Of a DNA stretch of 64,000 nt, positions 49,201 through 57,282 are shown piece after piece (position 1 is the first letter of the stretch; the number at the start of each line of letters is the position of its first letter). Under the pieces are notes generated by a model, which was not told the DNA's origin, made no database searches, and worked only from the letters and a program-made list of their open reading frames with translations. Location: contig CP070758.1 of assembly GCA_020348925.1 (NCBI GenBank), positions 3,115,688-3,179,687 on the forward strand, in the 5' to 3' direction. This DNA is from Gemmatimonadota bacterium (GTDB lineage: Bacteria > JBHIER01 > G020348925). The position numbers and the translations under genes were made by a program.

Positions 49201-50234
49201 CACTGCACGGCGGAATTATCGCTGCTGCCGTAATCAGCCGTGCTGGAAGAATACCGCCACCCGCCCCGACCGGCGCGGGTCGTATCCGTCTGGCTCCAGA
49301 CCAGACAGTCCGCAGCGTTGATCATGAACTGGCGATACGTGACGCCGTTGACATAGGTCTGCGGCCCGGACGTGATGACGGCATCCGGGGTGTTGCTGGC
49401 TACGATGGCCAACAGCGCAATCCCGTTGGCGTAGTTGTTGCTCGTCACATACGTCCCTTTTCCATCCCCATTCGCGTCCGGATCTCCGGCAAGCTGCATC
49501 CCGATATCCACCACCCCGACATGAGAAGAGGCAAAAAGCCAGTCCAGACCCAACTTGACATACTCAGCATAAATGTCCGTATCGATATCATTGGCCGGGA
49601 GATGCCCCTGGTTCTCAAAAGCCAAAATACACAGACCGGTGGTGCCCACCCCGTACTCGTAGGACGTTGTATACCAGTAGCCCTGCGAATACTGTTGCGT
49701 ATAGAGGTAGCGAAGACCGTCTTCGATGGCGGCCAGTCGCCTGGTTTCGGTCACATCGGCCAGAACATTGATCCGAACCTCATCGGAGTCCGAGGCCCCG
49801 TCACCGTCGGTAACCGTCAGCCTGGCCGTCTTCACTCCGAAGGTCGTAAACGTGTGGTTCACGGCGATGTAATGATCATCTGTCACCGTTCCGGTATAGA
49901 CACTGTCTCCGACAACCCATTCGTACGTTCCTGTCCCCGAATCGCCCCAGTGGACATTGCCCCAGACGACGATTTCACGATTGGGCCACGTGTAGTACGT
50001 CGGCATCACGTTGACCCGCGGATCCGAATTTGCGTTCTTCATCGCCCCTCTCCAAGTGCTGGCCGGATCGATCTGTGTCTCCTCACGCACCTGCGGAACC
50101 GAGGGTCGATATGTCTTCAATAAGTCCTTCGCTCTCTTCAGCACGGCGTCCTCTTGGCCGATTCCCAACGAACAAAAAGACATCAGGACGATGAGACTTA
50201 AGGCACTCACGGCAAAACGATTTGATCGAAACAT
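46281..50234 (-). CDS. Secreted protein: PKD, prenyltransferase/squalene-cyclase-like alpha/alpha barrel, 2 PKD, CARDB, cohesin, dockerin-like, cohesin, FlgD/T9SS-type CTD
   Basis: AIEDGLRYL..QQ...G.W, GGWRY, DNS..QW..LAL, YY.MYA..K; LDGS.S...D...WKWDFD; PVADAGGPY; IDP...VEE.NE.NN; DFDNDDDVDFAD...[18 protein letters not shown]. Confidence 0.87.
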   Translation of the reverse strand: MFRSNRFAVSALSLIVLMSFCSLGIGQEDAVLKRAKDLLKTYRPSVPQVREETQIDPASTWRGAMKNANSDPRVNVMPTYYTWPNREIVVWGNVHWGDSGTGTYEWVVGDSVYTGTVTDDHYIAVNHTFTTFGVKTARLTVTDGDGASDSDEVRINVLADVTETRRLAAIEDGLRYLYTQQYSQGYWYTTSYEYGVGTTGLCILAFENQGHLPANDIDTDIYAEYVKLGLDWLFASSHVGVVDIGMQLAGDPDANGDGKGTYVTSNNYANGIALLAIVASNTPDAVITSGPQTYVNGVTYRQFMINAADCLVWSQTDTTRAGRGGWRYSSSTADYGSSDNSAVQWPALALEAAENSWGIVASGFVKTELAKWLYNSQVKNPRSDDFGGFGYTYDEEIDNITKTGAAICSHSYLKTSASDTAIENAIQFMVNHWNDTSDEYGWREHMNGNYYGMYAVAKGCRTIRYPDGSNIVTIGAHNWYDEYVDYLIYDASYGHDMNGSWPVGQWSGWGGSIEELSTAFGVLILSPGVFELPPVAVVVAADSVPPNSPVDLDGSQSWHQDPDKHILSWKWDFDKSDGVNWNNPDAEGKAVTNGSGYSLPLGVDRDTVYVTLQVTDDSSPTMTDTDEHAIIVNRGNHPPVADAGGPYAAHVGQQITFDGSGSYDPDQGDNIVLYEWDLDGDDAYDDATGVTTTMTWNVEYSGFVRLRVTDSNGAIGESQTTSVWTSLRDLSIATDDLTISNMFPNMGESVTISATIHCHTDQGATVAAVTIRFYDGDPDVVVNPIGSDQEVFNLTDGDSRTVQISWTMPDLDAHDIYVRIDPDGAVEEWNEGNNEVFKTIGSSATAQLYFEPDPCYLFGSVSSVVHLKIRDVKNLLGASITFFFVTNKVELLSISEGSFLYQNNPDNTGFMSDFDNTNGTGSVEFSLLGGIPKGISGGGTIAKLTFKAKVADPSSDLPFGNYTLRDTLNATIDVTHDDGRFEGIGDGDLLCDFDNDDDVDFADYALFLQYWNADPDDLTGDVARYPGPGGAGSPPWSKTNYPFPGEGVIDFEDHVVFALMYNWYKEAVRGGGAKYVSDPEMAGQALVMLKAEASVPVGEVFALRLEVEQVNRLLGAMAQVRFDPDILEVADVEQGPFLGNNGALISMVKGVDAHHGSIEISVVALGGQPLGVDGSGTVAVLRFTPKREGTTDIRIETSGLRDIMNRTIPLMNRNVHLTIGTDAIPSTYHLSQNYPNPFNPETEIQFGFPETGHVRLQIYNLLGQSVRILVDGVRAAGRYSVRWDGRDDAGADLPSGVYFYEFEAGDFLETRRMVLIK

Positions 50235-50297
50235 GATTCACAATCCTCCTTTTGAGCAGGCCATTCTGAAAGAATTCGATTATGAGACCGCGGTCCG

Positions 50298-50867
50298 TTA
50301 CTGCGGTGGAAGAATTTCCCCGTGGTTGAAGCAGACATCCGCAACCGGTACCGGTGGATTCGCCACAGGATAGTCGTACAATTCGACGGTCTCAAACGTG
50401 AGATCCGTTGTAGGATCGGCCACCTTGGCCCGAAACGTAATATCAGCAATCGGCCCGTCCCCGGAAACGCCCTGAAATCCCTCTTTTCTCCCAAGAAGCC
50501 CGAAAATGACCGTGCCGGGTGTAGAGTAGTCCATTTCCGAGACGACAATACTCGCCCCGGTGCTGGTAAAGAGGTTGTCGGCCAATCCGGTGATATCGAT
50601 GCCGGTCACCTCCACTTTGTCGGCATCATACGTGATGACGACCCTGGCCGCGGTAAGATTCTCCGGATTGAGGATCTTCACTTCCAGGGTGACACTGTTG
50701 CCTGCGGACACGTAGGCTGGACTCGGACTGAAGGACAGTTGTAAGCGCCCGGCAGCACAGCCATCCGAGGGCCCCGTTCCACCATCACCGTCCTCACCGC
50801 AACTCACGACCAAAAAAGCAACCGCAACAAGTACCGTCACCATCCCCAATTTTCGGAAATACCGCAT
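50298..50867 (-). CDS. Lipoprotein consisting of a single cohesin-like domain
   Basis: AAGGAGG RBS; lipobox LVVS-C; G/D/S linker; V.I....NL.AA...I.YD..KVEV...GVSG.G.IA.ITF.AK. Confidence 0.85.
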   Translation of the reverse strand: MRYFRKLGMVTVLVAVAFLVVSCGEDGDGGTGPSDGCAAGRLQLSFSPSPAYVSAGNSVTLEVKILNPENLTAARVVITYDADKVEVTGIDITGLADNLFTSTGASIVVSEMDYSTPGTVIFGLLGRKEGFQGVSGDGPIADITFRAKVADPTTDLTFETVELYDYPVANPPVPVADVCFNHGEILPPQ

Positions 50868-50956
50868 AGTAACCCTCCTTCTTTTAGAGTGAACGACCGA
50901 TAGAGAAATCTGGAGATCCTCAACACCTCCCCCCCACCCATGATCTGACAAGTATA

Positions 50957-50984
50957 AATATGGTAATTCCAACAGAATTGTCAA
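50957..50984 (-). promoter_or_regulatory. Candidate promoter of the cohesin-lipoprotein operon
   Basis: TTGACA-N16-CATATT. Confidence 0.45.
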
Positions 50985-51038
50985 GCTTTAATTGCGTCAG
51001 GCTGCGGGAGCAGGGATCGCAAGCGCTCTCTGAGATCT

Positions 51039-52232
51039 TTACTCCTCCAGCTCTTTCAGCGAAAGGGCTTGCTCAAGGGCCAAGATCGCGTAGGCCGTCA
51101 CGAGATCCTTATTATTCTCCCACCATCGTCCCACCTGGTTCACCCAATACCCGTCGCCGTGCTGAAGGCTTATGACCTTTTTCAGAAACTCCTCTCGCCA
51201 GTTATGTTCGACGTTGTTCTTATCGGTGACGATCTCCTCCCCGTAGACGTCCAAGGCTTTGGCCATGGTGTGATAGTAATAGTACAGGCCCTGGTCACCC
51301 ATCTCGGGATTTTTATCCAAAGTGAAATGATCTCGAATCCAATCATACGCCGCTTGAACCCGCGGATCGTGACGGTCCACTTGGGCGTAGATAAAGCTCC
51401 TCATGCCCGCATACGTCATCGTCCCGTATGACGTCGTGCCACCGGCCTGACTGAATCCGGGGTAGTATACAAATCCGCCGTCATCGGAGGCCCATTCCTG
51501 ATCGTTCGACTCCCTCAGATTTTGACAGCGTTGAAGGAACAGAATCGCTTTTTCCCAGAAGAGCTCTTTGGAGCCGGCGGCGGTGCCGGTCACGGTCTGA
51601 GAATAGACCAGCGTCTCTCCCGTCCCTTCGCTCGTCGGTCGATAATTTTCCGACTCCTTGAGAGCCTCCAGGGCAAACTGCATATTGGACATATCCGGCC
51701 GTTCGTCACCACCGTACCCGATGCCGCCGTAGAAAACGTTGCTGGCATCATATCCTTCCTCCTCGTCCGCCTGGAGGTCGATCAGAAAATCCCTGGCTCG
51801 CCGGATCGTCTCCGTATAGTCGGGATTGTCCGCAGCCACCAGAGCGACCAGAGCGACGGACGTATTGTACCCCGGCATATCGTGTAAGTAAATCCCACCA
51901 TCCGGCTGAACACAGCGCAACAAAAATTGAATGCCGTTGTACACCGCGGCATTATTCTCCTCAGTATACCCTCTGGGGCTTCTCAGGAAGGCCGTAATAA
52001 CCAAAGAGGTGATACCAGGGTATGAGCTCCAGGAACCGTCATCCAGCTGGTTTTGCTCAAGCCAGTTGAGCCCCACCTCGATAGCATGCTCGACCTCCTT
52101 TTGGAGGGAGATCTCGATAACAGGTTCCGATCTCACCGAATCGCTTTTTTGAGCCAAGGCCAGGCTCGAGGGCAGGAAAACAATGAACCAGGCTGTCAAA
52201 CCTTTTCGAAGAAGCTTCTTCTTGAATTTCAT
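51039..52232 (-). CDS. Secreted prenyltransferase/squalene-oxidase-repeat (alpha/alpha barrel) protein
   Basis: Signal peptide ending ALA-Q; QW-like repeats L...Q..DGSW, Q.DGGI, DGGFVY, Q..DG.W; GYG...RPD.SN; YYYY.TMAKAL. Confidence 0.85.
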   Translation of the reverse strand: MKFKKKLLRKGLTAWFIVFLPSSLALAQKSDSVRSEPVIEISLQKEVEHAIEVGLNWLEQNQLDDGSWSSYPGITSLVITAFLRSPRGYTEENNAAVYNGIQFLLRCVQPDGGIYLHDMPGYNTSVALVALVAADNPDYTETIRRARDFLIDLQADEEEGYDASNVFYGGIGYGGDERPDMSNMQFALEALKESENYRPTSEGTGETLVYSQTVTGTAAGSKELFWEKAILFLQRCQNLRESNDQEWASDDGGFVYYPGFSQAGGTTSYGTMTYAGMRSFIYAQVDRHDPRVQAAYDWIRDHFTLDKNPEMGDQGLYYYYHTMAKALDVYGEEIVTDKNNVEHNWREEFLKKVISLQHGDGYWVNQVGRWWENNKDLVTAYAILALEQALSLKELEE

Positions 52233-52246
52233 AGCAGATATCCTTG

Positions 52247-52951
52247 TCAATCTTCAGTCCGCACATTCACGGCCTTTAGAATAAGGTTCACCGGCGTCCC
52301 TTTCTCAGGCACAAGGCTCTCGTTGACCCGATAGAGCGTGTCGTCTGCCCCGCTCGGCAGCGGATTGTTCAAGATCGCAAAGGGATCATGGAAGGTTGCA
52401 ATGAGGCATCCCTCGAAATCAGCCATGAACGTTCCGTTTACGATTTTCGAACCTGTGAAGATCCACGGGGTCTGCTCCATCGTCCTCTTCTCAGCGATAT
52501 TGTACACCAGATCCTCAGCCCGATGCCTCTCAGGCTTCCCGTTCTCCTGCCATTCCACCCAGACTTCCAACGAATCACCCTGGGGGGTGTTGGCATCCCC
52601 CTGGTACTCGATATTTCCGCCCGGTTCCAACCCCATGAGGAGCAGAGCCACTTGCAATTGATACGGCTCCACGTCCAGCACCAACGTACTTTCATGCAAT
52701 TTCCCAAATCGCGTGCAGGCAAAATACTCAATCAAGCCTCGCTGCATGTTTATCTCGCCTTTCATGGAAAGCTCGTTGGTGTTCTGATCAAGGACGACAG
52801 CGCCGATTTGATAAACACCCTCAGCTATTTTTTCAACAGAGGGCTCATCCTTCTTCTGCGGTGTTTCCGATTCTTGACCGGACGTGGTGCCCAAAACGAT
52901 GACGGTGGCCAAGAATCCGACCGCCATCGCCACTCTTCTGGATCGCGACAT
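52247..52951 (-). CDS. Exported YdjY-domain-like protein
   Basis: Signal peptide; G.IEY.AC...GK.HES.L....P..L..ALL..G.EPG, W.F.GS, IA...D..A. Confidence 0.7.
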   Translation of the reverse strand: MSRSRRVAMAVGFLATVIVLGTTSGQESETPQKKDEPSVEKIAEGVYQIGAVVLDQNTNELSMKGEINMQRGLIEYFACTRFGKLHESTLVLDVEPYQLQVALLLMGLEPGGNIEYQGDANTPQGDSLEVWVEWQENGKPERHRAEDLVYNIAEKRTMEQTPWIFTGSKIVNGTFMADFEGCLIATFHDPFAILNNPLPSGADDTLYRVNESLVPEKGTPVNLILKAVNVRTED

Positions 52952-53114
52952 GATGGTCCTCAACTTCCAAAAGTAAAAAAAAGAGTGCACGAAAGTCCTT
53001 TCCTGCGTCCTGTCGGTCTTCGTGCCTCGAGAATTCGGACTGTTCATCCTCAATATAGTCTCAAAAATCACTCCGTGCAACGTTTAGGCTTCACAGCGCC
53101 TCTGGGCGGGCACG

Positions 53115-55472
53115 TCATATGGAGATCTCGGAAGATACGATGAAGCACCTTCCTGGCCCGTCAATCCCCGACCCGTGCTCCCTGTAAGCCTTGTCCAGGA
53201 TGTTCTCCAAACCAACGCTCGCTCGTACAACATCTGTCACATGAAAACCGGCTCTGATATTGTGCGTGATCCATCCCGGGGTCCCCCCTATCGGGATTCG
53301 CACATCGGCCTCATCATCTGCGGACAGCTTATCCTGCCTGGTCGCAAATCGACTGAAACACTCGACCCACAGCCTCCGCTGAAGAGGACTCCATTGGACT
53401 CCGAGAAATCCGAAAGCCGGCGGAATCCGCCGCAGGGGCTCGTCCCTGCTGAGATCCCTTCCGGACGTCCAGGTGAAATGACCGAAGAGAGACCAACTCG
53501 GGACGACGAACCATTCCCCATGTGCCTCAAAACCCTTGATGCGGGCTTCGTTGATATTGACTTTCCTCCAGACCTGCTCGCCATCGAGAGTTGGCGAACC
53601 ATGGTATGTGCTCGGTTCGCGGTCAATAAGGTCATCCAATTCAGTTACGTATGCGGCGACAGCGCCGCTCAGAGACCGAGATCTGACTTTCAGGCCAATT
53701 TCGTAAGTGATGCTCTTCTCCGGGTTCAAACCCGGACTGGGTACCTCGATGCCGGCGTGGAAATCGCCGAAGGTCGTTTCGTCATCGACATTGGGAGTCC
53801 GAAAGGCCTGGGCAATACTGAGAGTGACATTCACATGATGTGTTAATCCGTACACCGCGCCGAAACTGCCGGTCACTGCGTCGGTCGCAGCGTCAATGGC
53901 CCCAAAGGTGGAATCTTGAAGATCGGCCTTCAATCCGAAACAACTGTATCTCCCCCCGACTGACACCGAAACGTTCGGAAGAATTGAGACTTCGTCCTGG
54001 ACGTATACGGCATAACTCTGAAAAGATGATCCATCAGGATACCTGGATCTCTTCGATTCGCTGAGCCCAGTCTCGACCTCGGTATCCCTCCTCTCGCTGC
54101 CGATGTCATCCCTGTAAGCCTCGACGCCGTATGTCAGGCGATGTCTCCGCCCGAGACTGGAATTCAGCTGGATACCGATACCCAGGGTTCTCGTGTTATC
54201 CTCCTCGACCGTCAACAGCGTCTCCCCTTCCTTCCGCTTCTTCCGCCCCTCATTCTGTCTGTGGTACGAAATCGTCGCTCTCAGCACTTCAATGTAGGGC
54301 GCCACGTGGCTCACACGGTAATCCACAAACAAGAGATCTCGATTTTGTGGCGAATACAGATAGGTGGCATACGCACCGCTGTTCTTTTTACCCGTTGCAT
54401 ACCTCCCCTCCGGATATTGATCATACCGGGGGACATCCTTTTGTCGCACGGCCTGATAAATCCATCTCCATCGGTGCTTCTCGGAGGGCTGGTACCAGAG
54501 TGTGATGTTCCCATCGATCTCCCTCCACCCGGTTGGAGATTCGATCCCCAAATCCCCCCCCGCCCTGAGATCGCCGACATCTCTGTACGTTGCCCCAATC
54601 GAGAACCCGAGCTTACGATGGCCACCCTTCAATTCCAAACGCCCCATCCTCTCCTTATCAGCGCTGGAATATTTTGAGGCGCACACGAGAGACGTCCTGA
54701 ATTGCTCTTGCACATTGCCTGGCCCCTTCGTGATGATGTTGATGACGCCGCCCTGTGCATCGCTTCCGTAGAGAACAGAGCCCGGTCTTCGCACCACCTC
54801 TATCCTCTCCACGTCTTTGGGATCAACGGTGCTGACATACTGGTTGGGTCCATAGCGAAAGGTGGAATTGTTGAGCCTGATCCCGTCGATCAGAACGAGT
54901 ACGTTGTACCCCATCAAGCCCCTTACAACAGGCGCACCATGCCCGTGCGTGGTCTTCTGCACGAAAATTCCTACCTCCTCCCTGAGAATCTCCGGAGTCG
55001 TGCGGGGTGTTCTCCGTTCGATCTCCTCCTCTTGCGCCACTGTGACGGCATGGTGAGTCTGAAAAACATCTTTTTCAGTACGGGCTGCCGTGACGGAAAT
55101 CTCCTCAAATTGCACGATCCTCTGCTGCAATTCAAAGTCCACCCTGACAGGCATCGTGCTTGTGACCCTCACATTTTCCGAACGATCGTCCCGATAACCA
55201 ACAAGAGAAGCTCTCAGGCTGTACTCTCCCGGTGGAAGGTTCGGGATGATATACTTTCCCTCGGCATCCGTCGTCGCTCCCAGCGTCGTTCCCTCCAGGA
55301 CGATATTGACTCCGACAAGAGGAATTTTGGTCTCCGTATCACGGACGCTCCCTACGATGGTGCCCTCAGGTTCGGAAAAGCCGGCGTTCGCAGCAAAGAG
55401 AGCGAGCATCAACCCTCGGAGGATCGACCGTGTCACCGTTTCGGTTGTCCCAGTGATACCGTGGACCTTCAT
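53115..55472 (-). CDS. TonB-dependent receptor with an N-terminal CarboxypepD_reg domain (haem-receptor-like)
   Basis: G.V.D..T..PL.GVN; plug ..LIDG.RLN...VERIEV.R.PGS.LYGSDA.GGVINIIT; FRTP...H...LNPE; NILDK.Y. Confidence 0.92.
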   Translation of the reverse strand: MKVHGITGTTETVTRSILRGLMLALFAANAGFSEPEGTIVGSVRDTETKIPLVGVNIVLEGTTLGATTDAEGKYIIPNLPPGEYSLRASLVGYRDDRSENVRVTSTMPVRVDFELQQRIVQFEEISVTAARTEKDVFQTHHAVTVAQEEEIERRTPRTTPEILREEVGIFVQKTTHGHGAPVVRGLMGYNVLVLIDGIRLNNSTFRYGPNQYVSTVDPKDVERIEVVRRPGSVLYGSDAQGGVINIITKGPGNVQEQFRTSLVCASKYSSADKERMGRLELKGGHRKLGFSIGATYRDVGDLRAGGDLGIESPTGWREIDGNITLWYQPSEKHRWRWIYQAVRQKDVPRYDQYPEGRYATGKKNSGAYATYLYSPQNRDLLFVDYRVSHVAPYIEVLRATISYHRQNEGRKKRKEGETLLTVEEDNTRTLGIGIQLNSSLGRRHRLTYGVEAYRDDIGSERRDTEVETGLSESKRSRYPDGSSFQSYAVYVQDEVSILPNVSVSVGGRYSCFGLKADLQDSTFGAIDAATDAVTGSFGAVYGLTHHVNVTLSIAQAFRTPNVDDETTFGDFHAGIEVPSPGLNPEKSITYEIGLKVRSRSLSGAVAAYVTELDDLIDREPSTYHGSPTLDGEQVWRKVNINEARIKGFEAHGEWFVVPSWSLFGHFTWTSGRDLSRDEPLRRIPPAFGFLGVQWSPLQRRLWVECFSRFATRQDKLSADDEADVRIPIGGTPGWITHNIRAGFHVTDVVRASVGLENILDKAYREHGSGIDGPGRCFIVSSEISI

Positions 55473-55555
55473 CCGCTGCCGTTCTCCCTGAAAGAGCATA
55501 CCCCTCTTTTCAGTCCGTCTCCTCGAAGCGTCTTCCCGTTACGCTTCTCTGCTTT

Positions 55556-56338
55556 CTAATATACCCTCACCTTCACCCCCGTCCGGTCCGCAACCTCCTG
55601 AGCGATTTCTTCCAAAATCGATCGCTCCACCCTTTCGATTCGGCCATCCGCCGAGGGACGATCGATCGTGTACATTTGGACGTCGTTGGGTTTGATCCGC
55701 TCGAGGGCCTGAATCCAGGATTCTCTTTCCCGTCGGCCGATATTCTCCACCCCTCCTCTCATGAAAGCGGACTGAATGGAAAGATCCTTCAAGTGACACA
55801 ACCCTTCGATAATCTCTTCCAGGTCCAAGGAAGGGGCAGGTCGATTCACCGCTTGGAATGTCTCGGCATCACCGGCATCGAGTTTCATAATCCTTCTGTC
55901 CAGCTTCATGAGGGCCTCCCGGACGGAAGGCAGGTGAACGGTCGTCGAATTCGACAATACGGCCACCGGCACGTCGGGGACGTATTGATCTCGGAGGGCT
56001 TTCACCTCATCGACGATCCCACTGAACTGCGGATGCAAGGTCGGCTCACCGTTCCCTGAGAAGGTTATGTATTCCGGACGCTCGTGTCGATCACTGAAGC
56101 TCTTGAGCGCCTGCCTCAGTTCATCGGTCACATCGGTCAGGGATGGGAAGTGAACCACCGAATCCGCCTGATCGACCGTTTTCACCTCCGTCACGCCGTA
56201 ATGGCAGTAGACGCAGTCGAAGGAGCACAACTTCACATCGGATGGGAGAAGATTTATGCCCAGCGAGCTTCCGAGTCGCCGGGAGTTTACGGGACCGTAG
56301 ACACAACTGGTTTGTAATGAATAGACCATATCGCTCAT
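55556..56338 (-). CDS. Radical SAM protein of unknown function
   Basis: YGPV.SRRLG.SLGINL, CSFDCVYC, TFSGNGEPTLHP. Confidence 0.9.
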   Translation of the reverse strand: MSDMVYSLQTSCVYGPVNSRRLGSSLGINLLPSDVKLCSFDCVYCHYGVTEVKTVDQADSVVHFPSLTDVTDELRQALKSFSDRHERPEYITFSGNGEPTLHPQFSGIVDEVKALRDQYVPDVPVAVLSNSTTVHLPSVREALMKLDRRIMKLDAGDAETFQAVNRPAPSLDLEEIIEGLCHLKDLSIQSAFMRGGVENIGRRERESWIQALERIKPNDVQMYTIDRPSADGRIERVERSILEEIAQEVADRTGVKVRVY

Positions 56339-56369
56339 CCTTATTCACTCAACAGGGAGGCACCGATGA

Positions 56370-57245
56370 TCAGCGAATCCCTATATAGTTCGCCACGTTT
56401 GCTTCGGGATCAATGGACGGGAGTATCTTTCCCTGAGAGGAGGTCAAGACGGTCATCACACCGGGTCCATGTCCTGAGACGACACAATCACAGTGCACCA
56501 CGACGCCGATGGACACCGCCCCTTTTCTGTAAACGCGGCCGTAGGTGTGATCGGCATCCATTAGGGCGACCAGATCCCCTAAGCGGACATCCTCAAGCCC
56601 GTGCTCTTCAATGACCGTGGTATCGGCGAGTTGCATATCGTAATCGCCGCTGTATGCATGGGAGGTGCCGATACCTGATCCCATGGCTGCTGCCGGTATG
56701 GCCTGGGTAACGGGAACGGAGAGAACACCGTCCTCACAGGCGAGAGGTATCTTTTCCAGGAGACCGGGATCTATATTCATCACTCTCACATCGGCGCAGT
56801 CGAGCAATTTCAATCCGAGGCCGCACGCTCGAACCATCACCTTGTCCCCGATGACCAATGTCTTCAGAATCTCAGGCTCGAAATCGACCAGGACATGTTC
56901 AATCCCTCCGTGTTTCCCCGTCACAACACCCCTCTCTCCTTTGGCCTCCCCGGAGACCATTCTGGCCTCGTTTCCCACACAGCAGAGGATGTTCAGGGCA
57001 GTGTTTGCACTCTTCCCTTCCCCTTTTTCGAGGTTCTTGATGCTCACTCCCGGTTCAACATGGTCTCCCTCCCAACCGACCGCCTTGTCCCCGATACGAA
57101 CGTTATACGTGATGCCTCCAACTCCAGGAAGAACGACGGCCTCACCCTCTGGGCTGATGTTGTACGGCATCTTTCTGAAAATGGGGCTGACCACCTCCCC
57201 CAGCACCGACATCACGACCAATCTCTCTCTGTTTGTCCGAATCAT
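56370..57245 (-). CDS. DUF4438-family protein
   Basis: TN...LV, P.VGGITYNV..GD...W.GDHVEPGVS, GKHGGI.HV, MGSG.G....SGDYD, SGHGPG. Confidence 0.8.
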   Translation of the reverse strand: MIRTNRERLVVMSVLGEVVSPIFRKMPYNISPEGEAVVLPGVGGITYNVRIGDKAVGWEGDHVEPGVSIKNLEKGEGKSANTALNILCCVGNEARMVSGEAKGERGVVTGKHGGIEHVLVDFEPEILKTLVIGDKVMVRACGLGLKLLDCADVRVMNIDPGLLEKIPLACEDGVLSVPVTQAIPAAAMGSGIGTSHAYSGDYDMQLADTTVIEEHGLEDVRLGDLVALMDADHTYGRVYRKGAVSIGVVVHCDCVVSGHGPGVMTVLTSSQGKILPSIDPEANVANYIGIR

Positions 57246-57282
57246 CTATCCACCGAGTACGTCATACGGAAGGGTTACGGAA

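Noticed and set aside
48540-50123. 527-aa plus-strand ORF
   Set aside because: Antisense shadow of the 1317-aa secreted protein
51039-52232. Squalene-hopene cyclase call
   Set aside because: Single barrel of about 400 aa with a signal peptide and no DxDD motif
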